Part shown: piece after piece, positions 44,166 to 51,854 of the stretch
How positions within the stretch are numbered: position 1 is the first letter of the stretch
Layout of the letters: every line of letters begins with the position of its first letter
Assembly: GCA_041652815.1 (NCBI GenBank)
Contig: JBAZGN010000001.1
Span: forward strand, 637,855 to 701,854
Origin: Candidatus Omnitrophota bacterium
Lineage (GTDB): Bacteria; Omnitrophota; Gorgyraeia; Duberdicusellales; 4484-171
DNA length: 64,000 bases
Direction of reading: 5' to 3'
Made by a program: the position numbers and the translations under genes
Notes under the pieces: generated by a model
The model's input: only the letters and a program-made list of their open reading frames with translations
What the model was told of the DNA's origin: nothing
Databases searched by the model: none

Positions 44166-45986
44166 ATGATTGAATATTTAAGAGAATATTTTAAATTGTT
44201 AAAGCTGGCTAAGCCTTACAAAGGGCTGTTTTTTTCAGCCTTTGTCTGTATAGGAATTTCCAGCATATTTAACGGAGTTACTCTGGGAATGATTGTTCCT
44301 CTCGTAGACAGGATAATGAACAATAAGCCCATAGTTATACCCCAGGCGATTAAATTGCCCCACCTTTTGTCAGCCGTTGTCGACAAGCTCAACTCCATAG
44401 AACCCATGACGCTTCTTATGGTGCTACCTATATTTGCCGTTTGTCTCTTTACGCTAAAAGGCGTTTCTACTTTTTTCCAAAGTTATCTTATGAATAAGAT
44501 TGCGCAGAGCGTGGTAAAAGATGTAAAAGATAAACTATATGCCAAGTTTCAGGACTTATCCCTCGATTTTTATGCAAAGAAGAGGACCGGGGAATTGATT
44601 TCGCGCATAACCAATGATGTCGGTTGTATATCAAACGCGCTTTCCTATGCGCTTACCGATTTGATATTCGAAAGCATGCAAATAGTAGTTTTTGGATTGG
44701 TTGCATTGCCGCTTGGGTTTGCTATATCCTGGAAATTATATGCAGTATTTTTAATATTTCCCGCGGTATTTATTCCGGTAAGCAAAATAGGAAAACGCAT
44801 AAAGAAATTTTCCCGCGAAGTGCAGAATAAAATGGCTGATTTAAACTCGCTGCTTACAGAAACCATACAAGGTGCTTATATCGTGAAAGTTTTTTGCCGT
44901 GAAAATTACGAAATTAAGCGTTTTAAAGAAATCAACCAGCAGTACTACAGGTTTACGATGAAGAGCGTAAAAAGAATTATTATGGTAACCCCTGTAACTG
45001 AATTGATATGCGTTGTAGCTGCAATGATAATACTTTCCATAGCCGGGCGTGAGGTTATTCTAGGCAAAGTTTCTTTTGGTGTTTTTGGCTTGTTTATGGC
45101 TTCCCTTATGTCTATGATTAGCCCCTTTAAAAAATTAGCTAATGTTCACGCAATAAATCAACAGGCAATTCCTGCTTCCGAGCGTATTTATGATATTCTA
45201 GATGAAGAGCCTAAGGTAAGAGATAACATTGACGCCAAAGAGATAACGGGATTTAACGATTCTATAGAATATAGAGATATTTGGTTTAAATATAACGAAG
45301 TAGATGATTATGTTTTAAAAGAAATAAATCTAACCGCTAAAAAAGGAGCAATTACTGCATTGGTAGGGCACTCCGGCGCAGGAAAGTCTACTTTAGTAAG
45401 TTTGCTGCCAAGGTTGTACGATTGTCAAAAAGGGGTAGTTTATGTTGACGGCAAAGATATAAGAGAATTAAAAGTATGTTCTTTAAGGTCGCTCATATCC
45501 GTAGTTTCCCAGGAGATGGTTCTTTTTAACGCTACGGTGCGGGATAATATTGCCTATGGAAGACTTGATGCAACAGAAGAAGAAATAGTCAGCGCAGCAA
45601 AAAAAGCTTACGCTTACGATTTTATATCAAACTTTCCAAAAAAATTTGATACTATCATAGGCGACAGGGGTTTCAGGCTTTCCGGCGGAGAGAAGCAGAG
45701 GATAGCTATAGCCAGGGCAATATTAAAAAATGCGCCGATATTAATACTTGATGAGGCAACTAGCCAGCTGGATTCGCAATCGGAAAAACTGGTGAAAGAC
45801 GCATTTTATAATCTTATGGAGGGCAAAACCGTCTTTGTTATTGCCCACAGGCTTTCTACCGTCCAGAAAGCAGATATTATAATTGTTATGGAAAAAGGGG
45901 CCATCGTTGAAAGAGGTAGCCACAATGAGCTTCTTTCTCGCGACACTTTGTATAAAAAGTTATATGAGTTGCAATTTAACGTATAA
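44166..45986 (+). CDS. msbA: ABC transporter permease/ATPase, MsbA-like lipid A exporter.
   Basis: Six-TM domain plus NBD with Walker A GHSGAGKST, signature LSGGEKQR, Walker B ILILDEATS. Confidence 0.75.
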   Translation: MIEYLREYFKLLKLAKPYKGLFFSAFVCIGISSIFNGVTLGMIVPLVDRIMNNKPIVIPQAIKLPHLLSAVVDKLNSIEPMTLLMVLPIFAVCLFTLKGVSTFFQSYLMNKIAQSVVKDVKDKLYAKFQDLSLDFYAKKRTGELISRITNDVGCISNALSYALTDLIFESMQIVVFGLVALPLGFAISWKLYAVFLIFPAVFIPVSKIGKRIKKFSREVQNKMADLNSLLTETIQGAYIVKVFCRENYEIKRFKEINQQYYRFTMKSVKRIIMVTPVTELICVVAAMIILSIAGREVILGKVSFGVFGLFMASLMSMISPFKKLANVHAINQQAIPASERIYDILDEEPKVRDNIDAKEITGFNDSIEYRDIWFKYNEVDDYVLKEINLTAKKGAITALVGHSGAGKSTLVSLLPRLYDCQKGVVYVDGKDIRELKVCSLRSLISVVSQEMVLFNATVRDNIAYGRLDATEEEIVSAAKKAYAYDFISNFPKKFDTIIGDRGFRLSGGEKQRIAIARAILKNAPILILDEATSQLDSQSEKLVKDAFYNLMEGKTVFVIAHRLSTVQKADIIIVMEKGAIVERGSHNELLSRDTLYKKLYELQFNV

Positions 45987-46017
45987 TATGATAAAAATAA
46001 TACAAAATAAGCACTCA

Positions 46018-46043
46018 GCAAATTTGCACAATTTGCCTTTTTT
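46018..46043 (+). terminator. Intrinsic terminator after msbA (GCAAATT-TGCAC-AATTTGC plus T6).
   Basis: gcaaatttgcacaatttgccttttttac. Confidence 0.55.
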
Positions 46044-46202
46044 ACGTGCTCAGATAGCGCATCCTGCTTAAAAGCTTAATCCATCAAACGCTATAAATAT
46101 TATTGAAAATATAATGAAATATGGTATACTTTTTCTTTGCAAGCAAGGGTTTGCTTACAAGCGAAATAGCCGAGTAGCACATTAAAAGGAGGATTTTTGG
46201 TT

Positions 46203-47051
46203 ATGGCTTTAACAGAAGTTATTAAAGAATTATTAGAAAGCGGGGTCCATTTTGGGCATTTAAGCAAGCATTGGAACCCTAAAATGAAAAAATTTATTTT
46301 TGGCAAGAAAAAAAATATATATATAATAGATCTTGAAAAAACAGCCGAAAAGCTGGAAGAAGCTAAAGAATTTGCCAAAAAGATAGTTCAACGAAGCGAA
46401 AAGGTTCTTTTTGTGGCCACAAAAAAGCAGTTGCGTGATCTTATAAGAGAGCAAGCAAGTAGCTGCAATATGCCTTATGTGGTTGAAAGATGGGTAGGGG
46501 GGTTGCTTACGAATTACTCAACAATACGCACAAGGATTAAAAGGTATGTAACGCTTCTTGAGAAAAGGGATAATGGTGAATTTGATAAGATGCCACGCAA
46601 GGAAGTTACTAAGTTAAACAGAGAAATAGAGAGAATGGAAAAGATTTATAGCGGTTTAAAATCATTCGATAAACTTCCCGCCTGCGTTTATGTGGTTGAC
46701 CCTAAAAGAGAAACGGCATGCGTGAAAGAAGCAAACAGGTTGTCAATTCCCATTATTTCGTTGATTGATACCGATGCAGATCCTGAAGTTATAGATTATC
46801 CTATTCCCGGTAACGACGATGCAATAAAATCAGTCCGGTACGTAACTTCTTTGTTGGTTGAAGCGATAAAAGAGGAAGCCAAGAAGGCAGCAGATTTAAT
46901 TAGAGAAGCAGCAGAAGCCAAAGCCGCCGAAGAAGAAAATGACGAACCCGATGTAGAAAAATATGAAACGTTAGAAGACACCATAGTGGCCGATAAAGAT
47001 AAGAAGATACTTCCCAAAAAACGTCAATCACCTAAGGAGGCCCAAAAATGA
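46203..47051 (+). CDS. rpsB: 30S ribosomal protein S2.
   Basis: LLESGVHFGH; RBS AAAGGAGG 9 nt upstream; the hairpin-containing leader after the TGGTATACT promoter may be an autoregulatory S2 leader. Confidence 0.9.
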   Translation: MALTEVIKELLESGVHFGHLSKHWNPKMKKFIFGKKKNIYIIDLEKTAEKLEEAKEFAKKIVQRSEKVLFVATKKQLRDLIREQASSCNMPYVVERWVGGLLTNYSTIRTRIKRYVTLLEKRDNGEFDKMPRKEVTKLNREIERMEKIYSGLKSFDKLPACVYVVDPKRETACVKEANRLSIPIISLIDTDADPEVIDYPIPGNDDAIKSVRYVTSLLVEAIKEEAKKAADLIREAAEAKAAEEENDEPDVEKYETLEDTIVADKDKKILPKKRQSPKEAQK

Positions 47052-47566
47052 GCTTAGCCGAGATTAAAAAACTGAGAGAAATGACTTCTCTCGGAATAAA
47101 TGAATGTAAAAAAGCCCTAGAGGAAACAAAGGGAGATTTCAATAAGGCCCTTGTGATTTTAAAGGAAAAAGGCGCCAGCATAATGGAGAAGAAAAAAGAC
47201 AGGCGCACTTCTCAGGGTTTAATTGAATCTTACGTCCACTTTGGAGGGAATTTAGGCTCATTGGTTGAGATTAATTGCGAGACCGATTTTGTTGCCCGCA
47301 CGGAAGTTTTTAAAAAATTTGCAAAAGACATAGCTATGCAGGTTGCAGCGATTAATCCTAAGTATTTAAACAGGGAAAATATACCTGCTGAAGAGCTTTC
47401 TAAAATTGACGATATTGAGCTGTATGCAAAGGAGCATTGTCTCGTCGAGCAGCTTTTTGTAAAAGATAATAGCTTAACAGTAGAACAATACTTAAAGCAA
47501 GTTGTTTCGCAAACCGGAGAAAATGTTATCATTAAAAGGTTTGCCAGGTTTTCTTTAGAAGGATAA
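47048..47566 (+). CDS. tsf: Elongation factor Ts (short form).
   Basis: UBA-like N-terminus (EIKKLREMTSLGINECKKAL) and position after rpsB. Confidence 0.85.
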   Translation: MSLAEIKKLREMTSLGINECKKALEETKGDFNKALVILKEKGASIMEKKKDRRTSQGLIESYVHFGGNLGSLVEINCETDFVARTEVFKKFAKDIAMQVAAINPKYLNRENIPAEELSKIDDIELYAKEHCLVEQLFVKDNSLTVEQYLKQVVSQTGENVIIKRFARFSLEG

Positions 47567-48280
47567 ATGAAGTCAAAATATAAAAGAATTCTTCTTAAAC
47601 TAAGCGGGGAAGCTTTCCTTGGAAAACAACCTCATGGCATAGATACCTCAGTTTGTGCCCACCTTGCAAAGCAGATAAAAGAAGTTGCAGCTTCCGGTGT
47701 TGAGATTGCCGTTGTGCTTGGCGGCGGAAATATATTTAGGGGTGCTATGCGCTCCAAGGAGTTTGAGATGGAGCGTACTGTTGCCGATTATATGGGAATG
47801 CTTGCGACAGTTTTAAACGGCCTTGCTCTTCAGAACGCATTGGAAAATCAAGGTGTACCTACAAGGGTAATGACGGCTATAGAAATGCAAAGAATAGCAG
47901 AGCCATACATAAGAAGAAGGGCTATGAGGCACTTGGAAAAGAAACGAGTAGTAATATTCGTCGCAGGCACAGGCAATCCTTATTTTACAACAGATACAGC
48001 TGCGGCTCTTCGGAGTGTTGAAATTGATGTTGATGTTTTGCTTAAAGCCACAAAAGTCAATGGTGTGTATTCATCTGATCCGTTTAAAGATAAGAATGCA
48101 ATATTTTTTAAAAAATTAAGCTATATGGATGTTATAAGCAAAGGGCTTAAAATTATGGATTCTACAGCTATAACTTTATGTATGGAAAATAAATTGCCGA
48201 TAATAGTTTTTAATTTCATCAAAGAAGGAAACCTCAAAGATATTGTCGCAGGTCGTGACATCGGTACCTTAATTAAGTAA
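47567..48280 (+). CDS. pyrH: Uridylate kinase.
   Basis: [19 protein letters not shown]. Confidence 0.9.
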   Translation: MKSKYKRILLKLSGEAFLGKQPHGIDTSVCAHLAKQIKEVAASGVEIAVVLGGGNIFRGAMRSKEFEMERTVADYMGMLATVLNGLALQNALENQGVPTRVMTAIEMQRIAEPYIRRRAMRHLEKKRVVIFVAGTGNPYFTTDTAAALRSVEIDVDVLLKATKVNGVYSSDPFKDKNAIFFKKLSYMDVISKGLKIMDSTAITLCMENKLPIIVFNFIKEGNLKDIVAGRDIGTLIK

Positions 48281-48289
48281 GGGGGCTTT

Positions 48290-48850
48290 ATGGTTGCAAG
48301 ACAGATTTTAAAAGAAACAGAAGATGAAATGAAAAAAGCAATAGAAGCTACAAAGAGAGAATTTTCTGAACTTCGTAGTGGGCGTGCAAACCCCAAAATG
48401 GTTGAGGGCGTGCGCGTTAATTATTACGGAGCCCCTACGCTTCTTAAGGAAATTGCAACAATTGGTGTTCCGGAAGCAAGGCTTGTTGTAATAAGCCCGT
48501 GGGACCCGTCAGCGCTTAAAGAAATAGAGAAAGCGATACTACAGTCAGATTTAGGCATAACTCCGGTTAATGATGGAAAAATTATACGGTTGATTGTCCC
48601 TGCTTTGTCCGAAGAAAGAAGGCAGGAGCTTATCAAGATAGTAAAGAAAGTTTCGGAAGAAGGGAAAGTCTCTGTAAGGACCATAAGGCAGAATACGAAA
48701 GATAAAATAAAAACATTCGAAAAAGAAAAGAAAATTTCTGAAGATGACCGTTTCAATGCAGAAGAAGAATTGCAGCGCCTTACCGATAAATATATAACGG
48801 ATATAGATAAGCTTCTTGGGGAAAAAGAAAAAGAGCTCAAAGAATTCTAA
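48290..48850 (+). CDS. frr: Ribosome recycling factor.
   Basis: RRF pattern (RSGRANP, VNYYG); 186 aa. Confidence 0.9.
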   Translation: MVARQILKETEDEMKKAIEATKREFSELRSGRANPKMVEGVRVNYYGAPTLLKEIATIGVPEARLVVISPWDPSALKEIEKAILQSDLGITPVNDGKIIRLIVPALSEERRQELIKIVKKVSEEGKVSVRTIRQNTKDKIKTFEKEKKISEDDRFNAEEELQRLTDKYITDIDKLLGEKEKELKEF

Positions 48851-48958
48851 AACGCTAATTCCCGCTAATCTGTAATGCCAATATTTTATCAGGTACCTAG
48901 GCAATCTCGCCGAAGTACCGCGAAAAGATAAAGAATAATCCTGTATAATTGTTTTCGC

Positions 48959-49031
48959 GGGCCGCTAGCTCAGTTGGTAGAGCACCGCCCTTTTAAGGCG
49001 GGTGTGCCGAGTTCGACCCTCGGGCGGCTCA
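48959..49031 (+). tRNA. tRNA-Lys (anticodon UUU).
   Basis: Acceptor GGGCCGC/GCGGCTC, anticodon stem-loop CCGCC-CTTTTAA-GGCGG, T-arm CCGAG-TTCGACC-CTCGG; preceded by a TATAAT at 48938. Confidence 0.85.
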
Positions 49032-49095
49032 TAGATTTCAGGTTCTTTGAAAGTTTTGTCAGCAAAGAGACTTAGAGCTTTGTCTTAACATAATG

Positions 49096-49169
49096 GTCGG
49101 ATGCAATGGTGAAAAAAGCTCCGACTACCGTCGGAGATTGCATACGACCCTCGGGCGGCTCATAGATTT
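49096..49169 (+). other. tRNA-linked structured module A, downstream of tRNA-Lys. It ends with a 25-nt copy of the tRNA 3' end plus trailer (CGACCCTCGGGCGGCTCATAGATTT).
   Basis: GGATGCAAT-GGTGAAAAAAG-CTCCGAC-TACC-GTCGGAG-ATTGCATAC. Confidence 0.55.
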
Positions 49170-49223
49170 AAGTGTATTCGGAAATTTTGATAGAAAGGAG
49201 CTTGTTAGTAAGTGATTTCCGCC

Positions 49224-49304
49224 GCCGCGGTGGCGGAATTGGCATACGCGCATGGCTTAGGACCATGTCCCTTTGGGATGGGAGTTCAACTCTCCCCCGC
49301 GGCA
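49224..49304 (+). tRNA. tRNA-Leu (anticodon UAG), type II.
   Basis: Acceptor GCCGCGG/CCGCGGC, anticodon loop CUUAGGA, long variable arm, T-loop GGAGTTCAACTCTCC. Confidence 0.88.
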
Positions 49305-49365
49305 GTTTTTGCTTGTTCGAAAGGCTTTTTTAGCCTTTGATAATTCAGTTTTGTGCGGTAGCAGC

Positions 49366-49449
49366 GTTGGATGTAGTATAAGAAAGCTTCGCCTTGCGGC
49401 GAAGGCTACATACAATCTCTCCCGCGGCAGTTTTTGCTTGTTCGAAAGG
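49366..49449 (+). other. tRNA-linked structured module B, downstream of tRNA-Leu(UAG). It ends with a copy of the tRNA 3' end plus 20 nt of trailer (CTCTCCCGCGGCAGTTTTTGCTTGTTCGAAAGG).
   Basis: GTTGGATGTAGT-ATAAGAAAG-CTTCGCC-TTGC-GGCGAAG-GCTACATAC-AATCTCTCC. Confidence 0.55.
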
Positions 49450-49546
49450 AATAACCTTGTATAAGTGCTTTTTTTGCTCGTCTCGGATCTGTATCCTCGA
49501 CGCGCTGAAAAAACAAGGAAATAACCCTTTATAAATGCTTTTTTCA

Positions 49547-49620
49547 GCGGGTGTAGCTCAACCGGCTAGAGCGTCACGTTGCCAACGTGAAGGTTGTGGG
49601 TTCAATTCCCATCGCCCGCT
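49547..49620 (+). tRNA. tRNA-Gly (anticodon GCC).
   Basis: Acceptor GCGGGTG/CGCCCGC, anticodon stem-loop CACGT-TGCCAAC-ACGTG, T-arm TGGG-TTCAATT-CCCA. Confidence 0.88.
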
Positions 49621-49683
49621 TATATCTATCGTGGTTGTTTGATAGCTTTGCGCTACGCACAATATGTTTTTTAGTATGATGCA

Positions 49684-49771
49684 GGTTGGGGAACAACTGG
49701 TTAAGAAGCTTTGCCTTCGGCAAAGAGTTGCTACCCATCGCCCGTTCCAAATTTCTGTGGCTACTTTGATA
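49684..49771 (+). other. tRNA-linked structured module C, downstream of tRNA-Gly. It ends with a copy of the tRNA 3' end and trailer (CCCATCGCCCG-TT ... TCTGTGGCTACTTTGATAG).
   Basis: GGTTGGGGAACAACTGG-TTAAGAAG-CTTTGCC-TTCG-GGCAAAG-AGTTGCTAC. Confidence 0.5.
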
Positions 49772-49852
49772 GTTATATATTAGGCAGAAAATGTTTCCTA
49801 TCCAGCATCTACTGGCAGCAAAGAGAAGAAACAATAACAAAGGATTTGAAAT

Positions 49853-50329
49853 ATGGACATAAATATTCTTGATTACCTCGATAAAGACAGCATCATAATT
49901 GGGCTAAAGCAAAAAAGTAAAAAGAAAATTTTAGCTGCAATTTTAAAACATCTCATAGATAAAAAGAAAATAAGCAAAGATAGCGAAAAAGAAATTCTAA
50001 AGAATCTGTTTCAGAGAGAAGAAATGGGTTCAACGGCTATAGGCGGTTACATCGCCCTTCCTCATGCAAGGATAAGTTCCATAAAAGATATAGTGCTTTG
50101 CTTTGTTGTTTCCCAGGAAGGAATAGAGTTTGACTCTCTGGACCAAGAACCAGTGAATATTATAGCGCTTCTTCTTTCTAATCAAAAAGAAGCAGGTTTG
50201 CATTTGAAAATGCTTGCTTTTTTAGCAAGAATGTTACGCGAAAAATATTTTGTACAGCAACTAAAGAGCGCTACAACTAGCGAAGATGTTCTCGCCCTCG
50301 TAAATAAGCAGCAGCAATTAATCAGGTAA
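49853..50329 (+). CDS. ptsN: PTS EIIA-Ntr (nitrogen regulatory IIA, PtsN).
   Basis: EIIA type-2 fold with the phosphorylatable His in GGYIALPHAR. Confidence 0.8.
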   Translation: MDINILDYLDKDSIIIGLKQKSKKKILAAILKHLIDKKKISKDSEKEILKNLFQREEMGSTAIGGYIALPHARISSIKDIVLCFVVSQEGIEFDSLDQEPVNIIALLLSNQKEAGLHLKMLAFLARMLREKYFVQQLKSATTSEDVLALVNKQQQLIR

Positions 50330-50349
50330 TTGCCGTTAGCCTTTATTTT

Positions 50350-51618
50350 ATGAAAAAATTTATAAAAATAATAAGATGGTTTTATCCCGGGCTTAAAATA
50401 AAAAGATGGATTATCCTGCTTTTATTGGGTGTATTTTTGATATTTATTTCATCTCACCTGATCTCGCGGGAAAAATCTTTGATGGCACTCATTATATACC
50501 GGGCGCTTTATACTGCAGGTATAGGGTTATTTATTTTCGGTACAGCGTACCTTATCAAAAGTTTTTTTGAGGCGATATATCCGTACGATGAAAAAAATTT
50601 GTTGGATGTAATTTATGAAAAACGATTTCTGTCTAAAGGGCCAAAGATTGTTGCTATAGGCGGTGGCACCGGTTTATCTACAATATTGGAAGGATTAAAA
50701 GACTACACTTCAAACATAACTGCTATTGTTACTGTTGCTGATGAAGGTGGTTCATCTGGCAGGCTTCGCGAAGAACTTGGCATGCTTCCGCCGGGCGATA
50801 TACGTAACTGCCTGGTTTCCTTGGCTGAAGCGTCAAAGCTTATGCGAGATCTTTTTCAGTATCGTTTTACAGAAGGAGACGGAATTAAAGGGCATAGTTT
50901 TGGCAATCTTTTTATTGCAGCGATGACTCAGGTTACAGGCAGCTTCGAAGACGCAATTAAAGCTTCGAGTAAGGTTTTAGCCATAAGAGGAAGAGTTATT
51001 CCTTCGAGTCTTGAAAAAATACGCATTAAAGCGGAATACACAGATGGAAGCATAAAAGAAGGGGAAGATAAAATCTCTGAAGGGACAAAGCCCGTGAAAA
51101 AGCTTTATCTAACGCCGCCAAATGCGTGTGCAAATCCTGAGGTTATAGAGGCGATACGCGAGGCCAATATGATTATTCTCGGTCCGGGAAGTTTATTCAC
51201 CAGCATAATACCAAACTTACTTATAAAGCAAATAACAGAAGAAATTTCTAAACGTAACGTCTTAAAACTTTTTATATGTAATGTTATGACGCAGCCCGGA
51301 GAAACTGACGGCTTTACTGCTGCGGACCACTTAGAGGCACTGCTTACACATTCTAAAAAAAATATCATGAACTATTGCCTGGTAAATTCAGGCCGTCTCG
51401 ATTATAACCTGCTTCTTAGGTATTCACAGGATAAATCTTTTCCTGTAATTTTTGACAGGGAACGTCTACGTAAACTGGGCGCTGTAGTCTTTGAGGGAGA
51501 TGTTGTAAGCAGGAGCAACTATCTCCATCATGATTTTGAGAAGGCTGCAAAAATTATTATGGACATATATAATTATGATAAAAGAAAATGGAAAGGATTG
51601 AAGAGGAAATTATCGTAA
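50350..51618 (+). CDS. YvcK/CofD-like (UPF0052, gluconeogenesis factor) protein with an N-terminal two-TM extension.
   Basis: KIVAIGGGTGLSTILEGLK ... VADEGGSSGRLR core motifs, preceded by about 80 hydrophobic residues. Confidence 0.7.
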   Translation: MKKFIKIIRWFYPGLKIKRWIILLLLGVFLIFISSHLISREKSLMALIIYRALYTAGIGLFIFGTAYLIKSFFEAIYPYDEKNLLDVIYEKRFLSKGPKIVAIGGGTGLSTILEGLKDYTSNITAIVTVADEGGSSGRLREELGMLPPGDIRNCLVSLAEASKLMRDLFQYRFTEGDGIKGHSFGNLFIAAMTQVTGSFEDAIKASSKVLAIRGRVIPSSLEKIRIKAEYTDGSIKEGEDKISEGTKPVKKLYLTPPNACANPEVIEAIREANMIILGPGSLFTSIIPNLLIKQITEEISKRNVLKLFICNVMTQPGETDGFTAADHLEALLTHSKKNIMNYCLVNSGRLDYNLLLRYSQDKSFPVIFDRERLRKLGAVVFEGDVVSRSNYLHHDFEKAAKIIMDIYNYDKRKWKGLKRKLS

Positions 51619-51854
51619 ATAATCCGCATGGTTTGCATGCGCGTCCAGCCGCGTTACTCGTACAAATTGCGAATAAGTTCGATTCAAGAATTATGCTGGA
51701 AAAAGACGGAGAAACCGTCGATGGAAAATCAATAATTGCGATTTTAAGCTTGGGTGTTAATTGTGGAGCAGCTCTTAAGCTTATTATCGAGGGGATAGAT
51801 GCGAAAGAGGCATTTGAAGAAATAAAAGAATTTTTAAGGAGAGAAAGTGAATAG
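51588..51854 (+). CDS. HPr/NPr phosphocarrier protein.
   Basis: Active-site GLHARPA; 88 aa. Confidence 0.8.
   Translation: MERIEEEIIVNNPHGLHARPAALLVQIANKFDSRIMLEKDGETVDGKSIIAILSLGVNCGAALKLIIEGIDAKEAFEEIKEFLRRESE

Noticed and set aside
49096-49169. Reading the tRNA-3'-end direct repeats as attL/attR of integrated genomic islands.
   Set aside because: Only 60-180 bp separate the repeats and there is no integrase or cargo. The same conserved structured module is present at four different tRNAs, which a sequence-specific tyrosine integrase would not produce. A mobile origin is kept only as one hypothesis.
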